Assembly (NCBI GenBank): GCA_964486065.1
Contig: CAZAKN010000002.1
Location: 93,452 to 157,451, forward strand
Source of the DNA: an uncultured Gammaproteobacteria bacterium
GTDB lineage: Bacteria; Patescibacteriota; Patescibacteriia; UBA11705; JABHMO01
Direction: 5' to 3'
Length of the DNA stretch: 64,000 nucleotides
The translations under genes and the position numbers were made by a program. The notes beneath the pieces are model-generated. The model saw nothing but the letters and a program-made list of their open reading frames with translations, was not told where the DNA came from and did no database searches. Below, piece by piece: positions 62,823 through 64,000 of the stretch (position 1 is its first letter; the number at the start of each line of letters is the position of its first letter).

Positions 62823-63686
62823 ATGCGAAATGTTATTTTGCTGTTCTTCACTTTCTGGTTAATCGGTTGCGCCGGAGGACCGGAAGTGAAAAAACGAGAA
62901 CTTTCCCAAGAAGAACGCGCTCAAATGCAATTGCAAATGCGCGTATTCGCCACAAAAACGGCTTGGGAAGAAAGTCTCCGCCAACAGGGGCTGAACCTAA
63001 GTCAAGAAGACTTGGCCACGGCTGAGATGCAGATCATGCTCATGCAGGCGAAATCGGCTTGGCAAAGAGCCACCGAAAATATGCCACCTGACGCAGACCG
63101 GTCACTCAGTGAAAAATGGCGAAACATGTTGGCGCGAGAAAACGCCAATCACTTGCAAGTCTTGATGAAAGAAGGGAATTGGGATAAGGCTTACACCTTT
63201 TCCAAAACCACAGCGGAAATGAATCGTGATTTTCAGCAAATCATGTTGAAATATTACGAACAGGACTTGCAAGACGGCGAATTCAACGACGCCTACCACA
63301 TCGGAAGCAACTTTTTGGAGCCACACGACAAGTGGGCGATGTTGGCCAGACAGTCCGCCATCAACCAACTCAATGAGTTGGTGCAAAAAGCGGAATACGA
63401 GAAAGCCTACGGATTTTCCTTGGAAAAAAAGTTGGCCATCGGCGAAAAAATGTGTTTCACTGCCGCCGCTTACTACGCGGCGCATCTGCACCTGACCACC
63501 GCGGTCGCGGAAATCCGTGAAATCCGCGTGCAGGAAATTGTGCTGAAACACAACCTGACCGAAAACTTCTTGGCGGTTATGATCAAGAAGCTCCAAGAGA
63601 TAGAAGACAAGAAGAAAAAACTCTTGGAAAAAAAAAAGCAAGCGGAAGAGAAAAGCAAGAAAAAAGCTAATCCCCGCTCACGATAA
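62823..63686 (+). CDS. Putative lipoprotein, paralog of the upstream gene
   Basis: AGGAG SD, lipobox LIGC, shared A.YYAA.L motif. Confidence 0.75.
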   Translation: MRNVILLFFTFWLIGCAGGPEVKKRELSQEERAQMQLQMRVFATKTAWEESLRQQGLNLSQEDLATAEMQIMLMQAKSAWQRATENMPPDADRSLSEKWRNMLARENANHLQVLMKEGNWDKAYTFSKTTAEMNRDFQQIMLKYYEQDLQDGEFNDAYHIGSNFLEPHDKWAMLARQSAINQLNELVQKAEYEKAYGFSLEKKLAIGEKMCFTAAAYYAAHLHLTTAVAEIREIRVQEIVLKHNLTENFLAVMIKKLQEIEDKKKKLLEKKKQAEEKSKKKANPRSR

Positions 63687-63750
63687 TTCCATCAACCGAA
63701 AACCAAATCCCCGACACTCTTGTCGGGGATTTTTTAATACTGTCTGAAAA

Positions 63751-64000
63751 TTATTTAATGTAAGACAAAGGATTGTGTTTAACTCCACCAACCATAACTT
63801 CAAAGTGGATATGTGGGCCAGTGGACCAACCCGTGGAACCCATGCCGGCAATTGTTTGACCTTTAACCACGGCATCACCTTTACTAACATAAAGCTTACT
63901 GGCATGAGCGTAAAGAGTGCGATAACCGTTACCATGGTCAATCACCACATTATAACCGTAACCGTTCGTCCAGCCGGAATAAACCACTGTCCCGTCATCC
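63751..64000 (-). CDS. M23 family metallopeptidase, C-terminal part (starts beyond the window)
   Basis: GYGYNVVIDH..TLYAH..GSTG.STGPHIHFEV. Confidence 0.9.
   Translation of the reverse strand, partial: DDGTVVYSGWTNGYGYNVVIDHGNGYRTLYAHASKLYVSKGDAVVKGQTIAGMGSTGWSTGPHIHFEVMVGGVKHNPLSYIK

Overview
AT-rich bacterial chromosome segment that looks like a Patescibacteria/CPR (Parcubacteria-like) genome. This is inferred from the compact housekeeping content, hppA, the PilB/ComM genes, mostly SD-less starts and the lack of biosynthetic operons. Standard code 11 fits. Core genes: rpoB (partial), murE, rbfA, gyrA, rpsA, rny-ymdB, HU, clpP, ftsK, recA, efp, rpsF-ssb-rpsR, nusA, yidC, groESL with a perfect CIRCE, ychF, tsaED, rpmF, hppA, tig, rpsO-pnp, lspA and comM. 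The window also has 3 tRNAs, 2 parS sites and scattered SD-bearing orphan genes. The most striking signal is non-coding: several promoter-to-terminator intergenic units with no credible ORF fold into elaborate RNAs. A ~450-nt three-domain RNA at 17.06-17.51 kb has two repeated domains carrying GAGGAGAGAGA and a third whose apical loop is the exact complement. A ~435-nt RNA at 57.6-58.0 kb exposes two CTCTCTC motifs. There are also a ~125-nt rod at 16.0 kb, a ~220-nt multi-hairpin unit at 51.6 kb and a 6S-like RNA upstream of rny. All structures were paired by eye and no database search was possible, so novelty is unproven.
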